A stretch of 64,000 bases of DNA from Amoebidium appalachense. Lineage: Eukaryota; Protista; Ichthyosporea. Positions 44,555-57,490 of this stretch are shown piece after piece (the first letter of the stretch is position 1; every line of letters begins with the position of its first letter). Where the stretch lies: positions 8,531,093 through 8,595,092 of the forward strand of contig CAVNZM010000004.1 in the NCBI GenBank assembly GCA_963693365.1, in the 5' to 3' direction. Both the position numbers and the translations under genes were made by a program. The notes under the pieces are model-generated. The model did no database searches and was not told where the DNA came from. It saw only the letters and a program-made list of their open reading frames with translations.

Positions 44555-46480
44555 TTACATGTGTGACTTCCGCATGTCCATCGAGCTTGCCGCGGGCATG
44601 ATGTTCACGTTGGAGGAAAAGCCCGGCTGAGAGATAAAGGCAGAGTCCTTCTCCTGTTGCCTCTGCTTGCGGCGCCACAGGAAGAACCCGACCCCGGCGC
44701 AGCAGCAGCAGCAGCAGACCAGCAGCACGGCCACCACGGCGGCAATAATGATCGTCATGTTGCTGCCGGAGCTGGATGCGGCACCGGCCGGCTGGTTGGC
44801 CGCAGCAAGGTCGGATGCCGTGTACTTGGCACCGAACCCTCCCTGCGTTGTCAGCTCCCCGGAGTTACGGCGCACATACTGCACGTCACGGCGGCGGCGG
44901 CGCTGCGAGCCGTCAAGGTAGTCGACAAGCACGGTCCACGTGAGTGTGATGTTGTTGCTGCTGGTGGTGGCGGCGGCACAGGTCAGCGCAGCCGTGACGG
45001 GGATGGGCATCTGGATCTCGTTGGGCTGCACGGTGTTGACAAATGCCTGCGTGAGCGTGCTGATTTCCTCGTACGGCGCAGTGTACGGCGTGCAGTCGCC
45101 ATCGGACGTGCGCGTGAAGGCCGTGACGTCAGCATCGGACAGACCCACACCCGTGGCGTTGGTCCAAATGCGGATGGACCAATAGGAAGTGGCGCCGAGG
45201 TCGAAGACGGACGTGGGGCGGGTGGTGGCGTAGGTGGTGTCCTCGCGGAGAACAACATCGAGGGTGAACAGGGCCGAGAGGTTGAACTCGGTGACATTGC
45301 AGAAGTTGTTGGTGCTGATAAAGAACTCGATGTCGGCAAAGTTGGACAGCATGTTAGGGCAGCTGCCTGCAGCAACGCTGCTTGCCTGGCAGCCAATGGG
45401 CACGTTGAGGGCCTTGTATTGGCCCGTCAGGTCGCAGCTGGTGATGTTGAACTCGATGGTGCTGTTGCAGATCTCGTTGACGGCCAGGCCGTTGCAGCCC
45501 GCACCCAGCACCCAGTTGCTGGCATTGGACGCGGGGATGTTCATGTTGGTCATCGTGAGCGAGCCGTTGGCCCCGCCCGCAATGGTGTAGGGGGCCGGCA
45601 AGTTGACGGTGATGATGATGGACGAGGTGTTGACGCCGTCGACCTCCTTGACGCCCAGCTTGGTAATGACGGCCTGCAGGTCGGCCTGGGGGTAGTTGAC
45701 GGTGATGGTGGCCGACACCGTGCCCTCGCGGTTGATCTGCACACGCAGCTTGGCAATGGCATTGCCGTCACGCGTCACGGGCACACGCAGGTTCTTGGTG
45801 AGACTGATCTTGTCCACATACTCCTTCATCATGGCCTCCACATCCGCAAGGTACTTGACGAACTTGGGGTCCGACACCTTGTCCACGGCAACATTGCAGT
45901 TGCCGAGCTTGTCGAAGGCCACATCGAAGAACACGGACGCCGAGCACGTGTCACCGTACAGCACCCAGTTGTAGCCGGACATCTTGGGCGTGGTAGCCGT
46001 GGGGCCATCGGTCAGGTACGTGCAGTCGGCAAACGACACGTCCGTGACGTAGCGGGTGTTGTACCAGTAGCCGAGGTCGGCCTCGAGCATGACCTTGTTG
46101 TTTTGGATGCGGGGGTTGCGGATGGCCAGCGAGAAGTTGGCCTGCAGCGCAAACGGCTCGGCCAGGTTGCAGAGGGTGCCCAGAGTGCGGTGCTTGAAGC
46201 TGAGGTCCTGGATCTCGGCCTTGATGTTGGGCTTGCTGATGAGGAACGCATGCGCCACACTGGCCCCGGGCACAATGACGGCCCCGGCATCGCCCTTGAT
46301 GACAACGTCCTTTGTGATTTGGATGGAGCTGGCAATGTTGTGCTCACCGGCAGCAAACACAAACTCATCGCCTGCGGTTGCATTGCCGATCACTGCCACT
46401 GCATCGTCGGTTGTGGCAATGTTGACCGTGGCTGCGGACGCCGCGGAGGCGAACGCAAGAAGAGAGGCGAACGCCTTCAT
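44555..46480 (-). CDS. Intronless type I membrane glycoprotein, 641 aa, with a ZP-module-like membrane-proximal domain and a furin-type site
   Basis: Single ORF with strong G/C third-position bias. It has a signal peptide (MKAFASLLAFASAASA), a Cys-containing beta-rich ectodomain with many N-x-S/T sequons, RRRRR before a linker, a TM helix with a C6 run, a stop-transfer RRK and a short tail. The ATG at 46480 is preferred over the non-ATG start of the ORF track. Confidence 0.88.
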   Translation of the reverse strand: MKAFASLLAFASAASAATVNIATTDDAVAVIGNATAGDEFVFAAGEHNIASSIQITKDVVIKGDAGAVIVPGASVAHAFLISKPNIKAEIQDLSFKHRTLGTLCNLAEPFALQANFSLAIRNPRIQNNKVMLEADLGYWYNTRYVTDVSFADCTYLTDGPTATTPKMSGYNWVLYGDTCSASVFFDVAFDKLGNCNVAVDKVSDPKFVKYLADVEAMMKEYVDKISLTKNLRVPVTRDGNAIAKLRVQINREGTVSATITVNYPQADLQAVITKLGVKEVDGVNTSSIIITVNLPAPYTIAGGANGSLTMTNMNIPASNASNWVLGAGCNGLAVNEICNSTIEFNITSCDLTGQYKALNVPIGCQASSVAAGSCPNMLSNFADIEFFISTNNFCNVTEFNLSALFTLDVVLREDTTYATTRPTSVFDLGATSYWSIRIWTNATGVGLSDADVTAFTRTSDGDCTPYTAPYEEISTLTQAFVNTVQPNEIQMPIPVTAALTCAAATTSSNNITLTWTVLVDYLDGSQRRRRRDVQYVRRNSGELTTQGGFGAKYTASDLAAANQPAGAASSSGSNMTIIIAAVVAVLLVCCCCCCAGVGFFLWRRKQRQQEKDSAFISQPGFSSNVNIMPAASSMDMRKSHM

Positions 46481-48653
46481 GATTAAAAACAAAGAGGAAG
46501 ATTCGACTTGAATATGCCTACGCGAGGTGTATCCTGGACCAAAGGTCTATAACGTCTGCGATGGATAGGCGGCGCTAGCTATTGTAGCGGCCTACCGAGC
46601 TACGTCTAAGTCACAGTATGTGCTGTTTGGTAAGGCCACTCGGACAAATTTGGAGTGTCTGCATTTTGAGCTGAGCCGGGCTTATAAATCCTCATAGGTA
46701 TGCCTGGTATTAGCCTGGCATACCAGGCGAAATAGACTTCGTACTTTTGATTGGTGATATTTTGTCGATAAACATTCCACAGATTCCTTATTTAGCTTTC
46801 AAGGTCACGTCTCCTGTTATCTGAGGATGCTAACACGTACTGACGTGTTGCCGCACGTGCGACGTTTAACATCTACTCAGGGGGTCCCTTTTAAGTAAAA
46901 AAGAAGGAAAAAAAAAAAAAAGAAAGGAGACACCGCCTCAGTAGGTGGTAGCTGTGGATGCATGCATCATGCAATATTCCTACTTTTTTTGTTGTTTTAT
47001 AATTACCGTATTTCAGCTATAATAAGACCTGGGGGCTCAAATATGCACACGCCCAAGCAAAGGTCACATGCATGGGCAATATCCAGCTGGCCATAGCGCT
47101 ATATAAACTGGTAATAATATGAATTATATTTGCAAATTCGTGACGCACGTGCCCGACCGGGCCCCCAGTACCAGACACCAGATGAGGTCACTGAGGTGTA
47201 CCGTGTACGTGAGTGACGTCCACGTTGGGGAGCGTCACAGGGTCACGAAACAAAAGATATAACGATGCCACGGTGCGAAATTATCAATTATTATTGCATT
47301 AGGCTTCTGGTTGCTCAACATCATGCATCCGGATCCCTATGGTTTTGAAATATGATCGCTCATACAAGTTAGGTGGCCGATCCCAAGAATATTTTGAACT
47401 TGTGTAGTATAATGATCGATACTATATTGGTGTGTGTCATGTATCCCGTGGCAATCCAGCACGTTGTAAGTTGTAAGTGCGTCACATGTCCCGAAGGCAT
47501 ATCGCGATGTCCAATATCCGACGGCCAATATTGGCTGTGACTGCCGTCGGCGAATTATCATATCATAGTTTTATTGGGCCGTAAGACTGTGACCAGCGTG
47601 ATCAAAGAAAGATATACATATCTGTATACCACCACCATTATCTCAGGTACGGCCACGGTGCAATGTATGCAGCTCGAAGGGTTCGTTCAATCCATTTTTT
47701 CATTTTTGTCCACGTGACAGAAAGATACAGTACATGTATGATTGCTCCAGCTGAGTAGCGATACTCAATACGTGCTCACACTACATATAGTCACCCGGAT
47801 CAAATTGACAACGGCATAAGTTCTGTTTTCTTTTTTCTCTAAGGACATTTATCTAACATCTTTTCACTTTTTTAATAGTTTTATTATGTACAAAGCTATG
47901 CAAAGTTGTAGTAGATAGCATTTTGCCTTCCCGCAATGTCCACAGCTTTCCCCAGCCTTCCACGTGCCCGGGGAAGACTGACTGTCCGCGTTTGATTTGA
48001 TCCGCAAGATCATGGTTTTATCGCCTTGGCATTGGAATTTGTCAGGAATGCCACAGATTGAAACGTTCTCTATTCACACCGCTGATAAAAGGGTTCGACA
48101 ACTTCGCACTTCGAACAATGCAAGGGCGCGCTGGATATATCCTCGTTATTGAAACCTAGATATTCTTTTTGCTGGTTTCCGGACACAACAACTTGCAATG
48201 GAGAAAGTATTCTGGCTTTTTTTCCTGTAGTATGAAATGCATCAAGGCTTAGTGTCTTCTTCATATAATCAACTTGGTAGCCTCCACAGCAAATTCTTGG
48301 AGTCACAGCCTGGCATGTATGCACACGTGGGGAGGTACGTATGGTCTGACTCACTCCCAGCTAGTGCAGAATCAGAAGTACACCTGTACAACAGCACGTA
48401 ATATTCCTACTTTTTTTATTGTTTTATAAAAACTTGTTTTATAGGCTGTAAATACAGTTTACAGAACTACATTATAAAAGTTAAACATTTGCGTTGTGCA
48501 TGTATGTACGTATACTCGAACTCAGGCTTCACGTACATCATGAATATCACGCAAATCGCTACAGCCGCCCACCCATAATTGCTTGCAGTGCGTGTCACGT
48601 ACTTGTATACCACCACGCTCCCACGCACGCGGGCAGTACCTGGCCATGGCAGC

Positions 48654-48689
48654 ATTTCACCACGGCCCTCTAGAGGGCCGTGATTTCAC
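48654..48689. mobile_element. Probable DNA-transposon remnant: perfect 22-bp palindrome between 7-bp direct repeats
   Basis: ATTTCAC-[CACGGCCCTCTAGAGGGCCGTG]-ATTTCAC. Confidence 0.65.
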
Positions 48690-48984
48690 TGACAACACTG
48701 ACTGACTGACTCAGCTCTTCGCATGATGCAGACGCACAGAAAAAAAAAAATTAAACGGGATCACAAACGCACTGTCACACCCACACGCATCCGGATCCCC
48801 CTCCTCCTCCCCCCTCCTCCCCTCCCCCCCTCCCCCCCCCCCCCCCCCCCCCCCCGCTCCCCACCAGGGCCTCCCGTGACTGACACTCCCGGCCCCTCCC
48901 TCTTGTTCTTGCTTTCTATGTCTCCCCCCTTGCTTAGACGGTCACTCAGCAGAGACTCGGTTACTTCCTCCGGCTCTCGAGAAC

Positions 48985-49021
<37 letters not shown>

Positions 49022-49079
49022 CCGCCGCCCAAACACCCATCCCTCTCCGACCCCCTCCCACCGGCCCTTCTCCCTCTCC

Positions 49080-49122
<43 letters not shown>

Positions 49123-49124
49123 GA

Positions 49125-49230
<106 letters not shown>

Positions 49231-49979
49231 GCCGCCGGCAAGATCGAGCCAGAAATGGGGCTCGTTCGACGCGTTTCGCGCGATCTTTACAGCACAAGTA
49301 GTGGTAAAAACACGAAACCCAGGAAAAAAAACTGCACAACGACGTTCATAAAAACCTAACGGTCACGTGGACACACGTGGACACCAACGGAAGTTTGTTT
49401 CTGATAACTGCTTCATACTGCACCGCGAACTTGAGGCTCCCAGCGAAAAACTGGAATTCTGGACGATTTTCTGGCTAGGTGCCAAAGTTTTTCGTCTCCC
49501 CACGATCGATGTGCTACACCAAAGAGTAATTAGTAGCAAACGTCAGTGCACCCAGTGCACCCAAGCAAATTTGCCCCTCAGGGGGAGGTGGAGGGGGAGA
49601 GAGAAGCGTAGGCGGGACCAAGGAATTCCGGAAGCTTCTGATAATACCCCCCCCCCCCCCCCCCCTTTCCCCTCCCCCTCCCCCGCCTTTAAAGGGGGGA
49701 CCCCGGGGGCAGGGTGGGGGGGGTCTGCTAGTAAGGATCATCATCTGAGGTATAAAATCTTCAGTTTATTAAAGGCGACAGTTATTCCTTCGCCGTGCGC
49801 TACTTGGCAGAAGAGTTGAATATTATATTATGCTCTAACAAATTCAATTTGAGGTTTACGTTTGCATTATCCGAAGCCAATTAGGTCTTACCCCCTGCGT
49901 CGTTCACCGTTACTGCTATAAAGGCACCCCCCCCCCCCCCCCGAGCCCCCTACACACACACACACACACACACACCGTG

Positions 49980-50062
<83 letters not shown>

Positions 50063-50067
50063 CCGTG

Positions 50068-50138
<71 letters not shown>

Positions 50139-50192
50139 CCGTGGCACACACACACACACACACGCACGCGCACACACACACACGCACGCACG

Positions 50193-50241
<49 letters not shown>

Positions 50242-50377
50242 AAAAAGACGGGTGGCAAGGGGAAGGGGGGTGGACTCCGAGGTGGGTTGGAATACAAAAT
50301 GCTATAGATTAACGGTGGAATTATTAAGTTGCAAGAGAGGCGCCGGCTGGAAGCCTGCATTTTAAGTTGACCCCAAT

Positions 50378-50408
<31 letters not shown>

Positions 50409-50658
50409 GCCTTTTCCGAAAAAAGAAAGAAGAGGTGAAAAAACACAAACGGATTATCGATGATTTCGGAACATACGAGCCTTACAGTACTACACATGGC
50501 ACCGTTCAGAGACCGAAACACTTCGAAGTTCAAGCGAATATGAATAACCTGATTACGTTTATAGGATTGACGTTAGTGAAGTGACCACTATTATGCACAT
50601 CCTCATGCTAAGCCTCGTACTATCAAACATTCGCATAACTATTAAGAACCCCCTCCCA

Positions 50659-51644
50659 TCACAATGTAGGTGTCCTCCTGATACCCCCAAAAGCCTCAAT
50701 ATCACCACCATTCGCATTTTCGCATCCGACCCCCCCTAGCGCAGATCTGCAATTTAGGAACCCGTCGGCTGACCCAAACGTTGTGGCCATTGTTTCGTGC
50801 GCAGGAAGCGCAGGGCCGCCGAAATGAAACAATTTACGTTTGTGACCAATTTCTCCGCGCGTTTCGTGCACAACAGTAGCCTTTTTGGTTGGTTTGGGTT
50901 GCTCCAGCTCCATGATTGGGCTACCTGACGTCATAAGGAGCGCGTCTTCGGACTTTGCGCACGAGCTCCTTTGCACTTGTGCGTCCCTTTGGTCTATGTT
51001 GGGTAGTGCCGGGTTGCTGTGTGTGCGCAATCCAGCAAACGCACTGCTACCACTCCCGCCCGAGTTTTTCCTTGAAGCCGCCGTCCCAGAACCGGACCCG
51101 AGACCTGATACATATGCCACTCCTTGCCCGCCACCGGGTGTTTTCGACTGAAAAACGAGGATGTTTTCCTTGTTTAACCCCTTGAACGTCTTGCCTGAAC
51201 CGGAATACGCAATTCCAAATGGTGAGGAGGCGGTTGTTGCGGCGCTTGCTCTCCCGCACATAACCCTCCCGCTGCCGTCCGACGCGGCGGCTATCTCGTC
51301 ATTATCCAAGTTGTTATCTCCTCTGTTGCGTGACATTGACGACGTGTACGCGGCGGTAACAGCAACACGCAGCCGCGCGACAAAGAACAGGCCGAGGACG
51401 GACAGGACGAGATATACCACCACGATGGCGGTTATCCAAGTGTGGGCCACCACGTCGTGGACGTCTATTAATAGCTGTGCCGCCGTCAGGACAGCAAGGC
51501 CGGCGGAAAGGGCCCAAACGGTGAGGGAGAGGTGGCGGGCCTCATTCCAATTGGAGGGGACGTTGCGGGTGAGCCAGGCCAAGCACACACCGGCGGCCAT
51601 AAGGGCTACCGTCATGATCGTCATGCCCGCTATGAACCCGGTGC

Positions 51645-51730
<86 letters not shown>

Positions 51731-52333
51731 GGGGGGGGGGGACGGTGTGTACTCGTGTAAGTTGGTGTGCATGAGTGTATGTATATGTGCCTGGAGGTTT
51801 AGGAGGGTAAAGGCACGTAGGAGAGGTTATCGAGAATTGCGCACGGCAATTGGGCAGGAGAGGAAGATTGATTTACGTGAAACATAAATGCAAAGGAAGA
51901 TTGGCGCATGTGAACCTGTGAACGGGGATTCGCTTCGTGCAACGGGGTTGTGGTGTACAGCGAGAAGCCGGGTTTGTGGGGAATAAGGGGGGTTCAATTC
52001 ACGATTATGGGGATTGATTCGTGCTAAGCGGGATGAATAACAATTTGAATTATGGCTGGGGATCATTTCATCAATAGTTGTGTAAATCGATTCATTTCAG
52101 TTCATCGATATATTTTATTGTGTGTGGAGATCTGTGCCATTTAAGGGGCTTGATTCTTGTTGGGGGGGGCTTCTTCATGTCAGAGGGTGTAAGTTCCTGT
52201 AAAAACAGCTTTGACTTCTGGTGGGGACAAGAAATGGGTCTAGGTGTGATGGAAATTACAACAGGGACCCGGTTTAGAGGGGGTGGATAACATGGTGTGT
52301 GTTTGTGCGGGCTTGGGGGAGGGGAAGGTGGGT

Positions 52334-52370
<37 letters not shown>

Positions 52371-55300
52371 GGGCACTGAACTGGTTGGGGAGGGAGGTTG
52401 CGAAAGAGGAGAGGTGTGCATGTGTGCGTGGGGGGGGGGGGGGGGGGGGGGGGGGATTGAGGCGGTTCGGGTGGGGGAGGGGGGTGAGATAGGAAGGGAA
52501 AGGGTTGGGGACGGAGGGGAGGGGGGAGGGGGGAGGGGAGGGGAGGAGGAGGGGAAGGCCGCGACTCCCTACCTGAGTCAAGCACACGTAGGGGTGTGGC
52601 TGTGTCAGAGGGTAGAGGCGAGACCACAGTGCAAGGTAGGCACATGTGGCAGCCATGCCCCCCCACAGCATGGCCACCAGCCACGTGTCACTAAGGCACT
52701 GCTGGTTGCGTGCCAGTGTGGTGTCCAGCTCGGAGTTGAACAGGGCATGGATGCGGTAGTTGCGCAGCAGAAGGGGGGTGAGCGTCATGTAGACTGCAGC
52801 GTTACTGAGCCAGAACCACGCCTGTGGAAAATAGGTTTGTCTGTTGAGACCAAAAAATTTCGCCTTTCTCCCCATCCCCCTCCTCCCCACCCAATATCTT
52901 CAACCTTCATGTTATTACAAGAAGCAAACCCCCCCCCCCCCTCCCCCTCCCCCCTGCCAATATTCTTTTTTCAGACCCTTTCCTCCTCCCCCCTCCTCAT
53001 GTTACCTTGTACTCCTGTCTTTCCCTCTCTCTCTCTCTCCCCCCCCCCCCCCCCCCCCCCCCCGCGGGGCCCATCCCCTCCCCCTCCCCTCTTGGGGCCT
53101 TCCCCTAATCTTCTTACGACCTTTCACCAACAACTGTGCTCCTTTTTCTCCTCGCCCTAAAAGCCTTCTCTCTTTCGCCTCTTCTGCCCCTTTTACCCCC
53201 TCCCCCGAAAGTCTATTCCTCCTCTCCCCCCGGCCCTCCCCCCTCTCCCTTCTTCCCTTCCTCCCCCAACTCCCTTCCCAACTCCTATTACCCCAGCCCC
53301 AACCCGATCACCCGTCCCCCCTCCCACCCCCACCCCACCCCCCACCCCTAAACACATTCAAACCACGCCACCCATACCCACTTTCACATACCTGGCAGCC
53401 GACCATATCGTGGCCATAGGTCAGCAGGGTGGATGAGAACAAGGCCAGGCCCAGCAGCACGTGCAGGCTCATGGGCACACTGGTGGCCTTGATGGCAGGG
53501 TTGTCCCTCAGCACCACCACACACACAGTGGCTCCAACGACTAACAGGAGTAGCACGGTGCCTATCCCGGTCAGTGCTGCCCAGGAAACAGTGACGTTTT
53601 TGCCCCAGCTGCCCTGTATTTTGCACATATCACACGCTGTTAGATATACAGTGAGGGCGCAATGGTGTGTGTTGTGTTGTGCACATCACACCACCCGTTA
53701 GATATACCGCGAGGGTGTGCCTGGTATGTTGTGTTGTGCATATCACAAACCGTTAGATATGCCGTGAGGGTGCACCACACATGGGGTGTTGTGCAAGGCA
53801 CACACCGGGGCAATATATATGTAAAAATAGTTGGAGTGCCAGTGTGTCTATTGAGTAGAGCTGTTCGAGGGCAAGGGGTTGCGGTGGGGGTGTGGGGGAA
53901 GGGGAGGGGGGGGGGGGGGGGTGAGGGTGTACACCATAGGAAGGGCAAAATAATGCAATGAAGAAGGCTGGCCATAGCATAGGGCATTCACAAAAAAAAA
54001 AAGAAACGACAAACGATGACATCTTGATACGGTACGCGGGGCGGGGGATAGGGGACAGGGGGGGGAGAGGGGGAGGGGGGGAGGGGGGGGGAGGGAGGGG
54101 AGGGGAGGGGAGATATGCTATGTGCATGTGATAGAAGAAGTTACCGTGGGGAAGGGGGGTGGAGGTGCAGCAGGTGGAAGAGCAGAATGTCACATACCGT
54201 GAGAGCAACGGTAGATCTGGAGTTTCCCTCAAAGGGGTTATTGATATTGGACACGCTCACGGTACACTCCCCCAGCTTGACTGTTGTGTCTGGTGCTACG
54301 GGCCCATCTATCACAATGTCGAGACGGGTTACGCCTTTCCACACACCGTGGTAGTTGCGGGTGCCTAGTTCGCAGGAGAACTGCACGTACTTGCGCAAGA
54401 ACACCTGCGGTTGCATGGTTAGAAAATGTTTTATTGAGTTTTACTTGTTTTCATTAAAATAACTTTTTTTTTTCTTCTTTTTTTTTAGTTTTACTTGTTT
54501 TCAATAACATCTTGTTCCCTTTACCGTCGTTTTTGGATGGGTACCGGCCCCTATCCCCCTCCTATACCACACTTGCGCAGACTAAGGCCGTTACAAAGAC
54601 ATCTGCTAGATGGTGTGCTCTGTTGTGCACGGCATGTGCAAGCCCCCTATAGGCAGAGGGAATATAGAAAAAAGGCGAATGGACCGAAGACGAGGCCAAG
54701 AGGGAAACTACAACCTGACAGTATGCCTCCTGCTGCCTGCAGGTTTACACGGGTTGGGCACAGAAAGCGTGACAGTATCCCCCCCCCCCCCCCCCTCCTC
54801 CCCCCCCCCCCCCCCCCCCCCGCCCCCCCCTCCCCACCCCACCTTCCCCTAGCCCACACCCACCCGTCTATCACCCAGCCACCCAGCTACCCAGCCACCC
54901 AGCCACAGTTGCACACAATACTCGCTTCCGTTTTTCTGCTTGTACACTCAGCCCCCATGCTCGCGTGTGCGTAGCGCAGGAAGAGGGGTGTGTGGGTGTG
55001 GTGGTGGTGATGTGTGTGCATGCGTGAGAGGGCGGGGGGAGGGGAGGGGGAGGAGCAAACCTGCAAAGACACATCCACTGGGACACAGGGTTTGTCGAAG
55101 ACCAGGCCGATGACGTCACCATCATCATAGGCGCTGGTAGGATACACTGCCAGCCACCAACATGAATTCAGCCCGTAAGGTGAAAATCACCAATCATCAC
55201 AGAGGTATACACAAACGATTACGAACAAGCCAACAAGCCGATTATGTAAAGGTTCACATGGCCAGACCCACACCAGCAACATACATCCCAACAGGGAGTC

Positions 55301-57416
55301 TCTCAGTATGTCATGTTGGTCTGGGATTGCCATGTGTAACTCAAAATCGGATAGACCGGGGTTTTCATTCCCATAATGGCCAGAATCCTGCTTTTGAGTC
55401 AGTGCAGAACACTTTTCTCCTTTACCCCCCCCCCCCCCCCCCCAACCCCTTCCCTCCCTCTCTCCCCTGTCCCGATTAACCAGTCTTCTCAACAAGAGAC
55501 CATCACGTTCAATGGTGCCACCTTCCCCCCTCCCTCCCCAAAACCCCCCCATGGCCCTCCCCCCCCCCTCCCCCGGCCCCCCTACATAGCACCTGTTCCC
55601 CACCTTTGTTCCCCCCCCACCTCCACCCTCCCACGCCCTCCCCCACCTACGTGGCACCGGTTTCTCACCTTTGTCATCGCGAGCGGTTGCCGAGACCAGG
55701 CGGGGGCCCACAGGGACCACTTGCACAATGAACTCTGCAGGGGTGCTGTTGCGATAGCCGTGGGTGAACAGGTAGCGGATTCGGCTGCTGCCCGTGATGC
55801 TGGTGTTGCCAGCCACCATCCTAAATAGCAGCAGGTCGAAAGTTTAGAAATCTTGGTTATTAAGGTTTGTAGAAGAAGTGGATAAGAAGGGAGACGGAGC
55901 AATGTGGGTTGACCTTGTCAAAGTGAACAAATTTACGAAAACTGACATGGTTCGGTGGTGATCTGTAGAGCCTAAGCAGTGAAAAACCCAAAAGCAGACG
56001 ATCGTATGTCGACGTGCCGGTATATGTAGGTCCCAAACTTGAATAGTGAATGCACTATATGCGCCGTCGAACTCCACCCTTCGTCATTTAAAGAATACGC
56101 ATACACACACACCGTCTCTCTCTATCTCCCCCCCCCCTCCCCCTCCCCCCGGCCCCCCGCCCCCGCTTTTCTCTCTCTCCCCCCCCCCCCCCCCCCCCCC
56201 CCCCCATGCCCCCTTCCTTCCTTGTGTTTGCATTAACATACTTCTTAAATTACCCCCCCCCCCCCCCCCCCCCCCCCTGCGCGCGCACACACACAGGTAC
56301 ACCCATACCCACACCTACACACCACCCCAACCCCACATCATCCTACCCCACCCGCGCTCCAAACCACAAACCCACTACCTCCCACCAGCCACGAATTGGT
56401 GCATGTGAACCCTCCCCCCCCCCCCCCCCCCCCCTCTCTCTCTACAAACACCCCACAACCTCACACACCACCACCACCACCCATCCATCCTGCTACAGCT
56501 GTTGTGTCTGTATACGCGCAATGCTACCCACCCTATATATACATATACACGCACCACATTGCAACACCTTACCTCAAATTTGAGGTGTTAGCCACCGGGT
56601 ACCCAATGCAGTTCCCCCCACACCCATCTCCAACGATCGAGACGACCGAATTATTGCTGTTGCTCAGAACGACAACCGATGTTGTGTCTTCAGGGAACAG
56701 CTCCCCCGTCAGTATGTTGGCCGGGGAGGGCAGAAACCCAAAGGTGGTCTCCTCCCCAGCAATAAGCACGGTGGACAGGGGCACAGCTTGCCTGCACAGT
56801 AGGTGGGGTGTTGGGAGTGTAAGAGGGTGATCTGGTTAGTATTGTATTGCCCATGACGGAGAAAATGTGGGGTTCTATTGGTTGGTTTTATCTTTCGGAG
56901 ACAGAGACGTTGATATACGGTAGAAAAGAAGGCCATTATAGGAGACACCCCAGCAACCTTAGCCATATATAGACATCTGGTTTTAGGAGAGAAAGTATGC
57001 ACATTCTAGACATTCTATTCGTGCCTAGAGGTGTGAATATCATATTGTTCAACAACAGATTCAGAAGACAGACTCTCACCTCACAAACGACGGGGAGAAG
57101 GTCGGAGTGCTGCCCTTTGCACACCGGTCGTTGATTGGTGTAGTGTCAGGCATGGACGAAAGGCTGTCGTCATCGGCGGGAATAAAGGAAAGGGATTGCC
57201 AGGCACCCAGACCGGGATACATGGTGTCTTGTATGTCAAACAGGTTGCGCGTTCTAGAGGGTGTGTGTGTGTGTGTGCGTGTGTGTGTGCGTGTGCGTGT
57301 GCGTGTGCGTGTGCGTGTGCGTGTGCGTGTGCGTGTGCGTGTGCGTGTGCGTGTGCGTGTGCGTGTGCGTGTGCGTGCGTGCGTGCGTGTGCGCGCGCGC
57401 GTGCGTGCGTGCGTGC

Positions 57417-57490
<74 letters not shown>

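Noticed and set aside
44657-46486. 609-aa plus-strand ORF
   Set aside because: Antisense shadow of the GC3-biased membrane-protein gene; it has a non-ATG start and no protein-like features.
47880-48360. Non-repetitive stretch with short ORFs, possibly a pseudogene or TE coding remnant
   Set aside because: Stops in the frames I translated and no motif I can recognise; a translated homology search would be needed.
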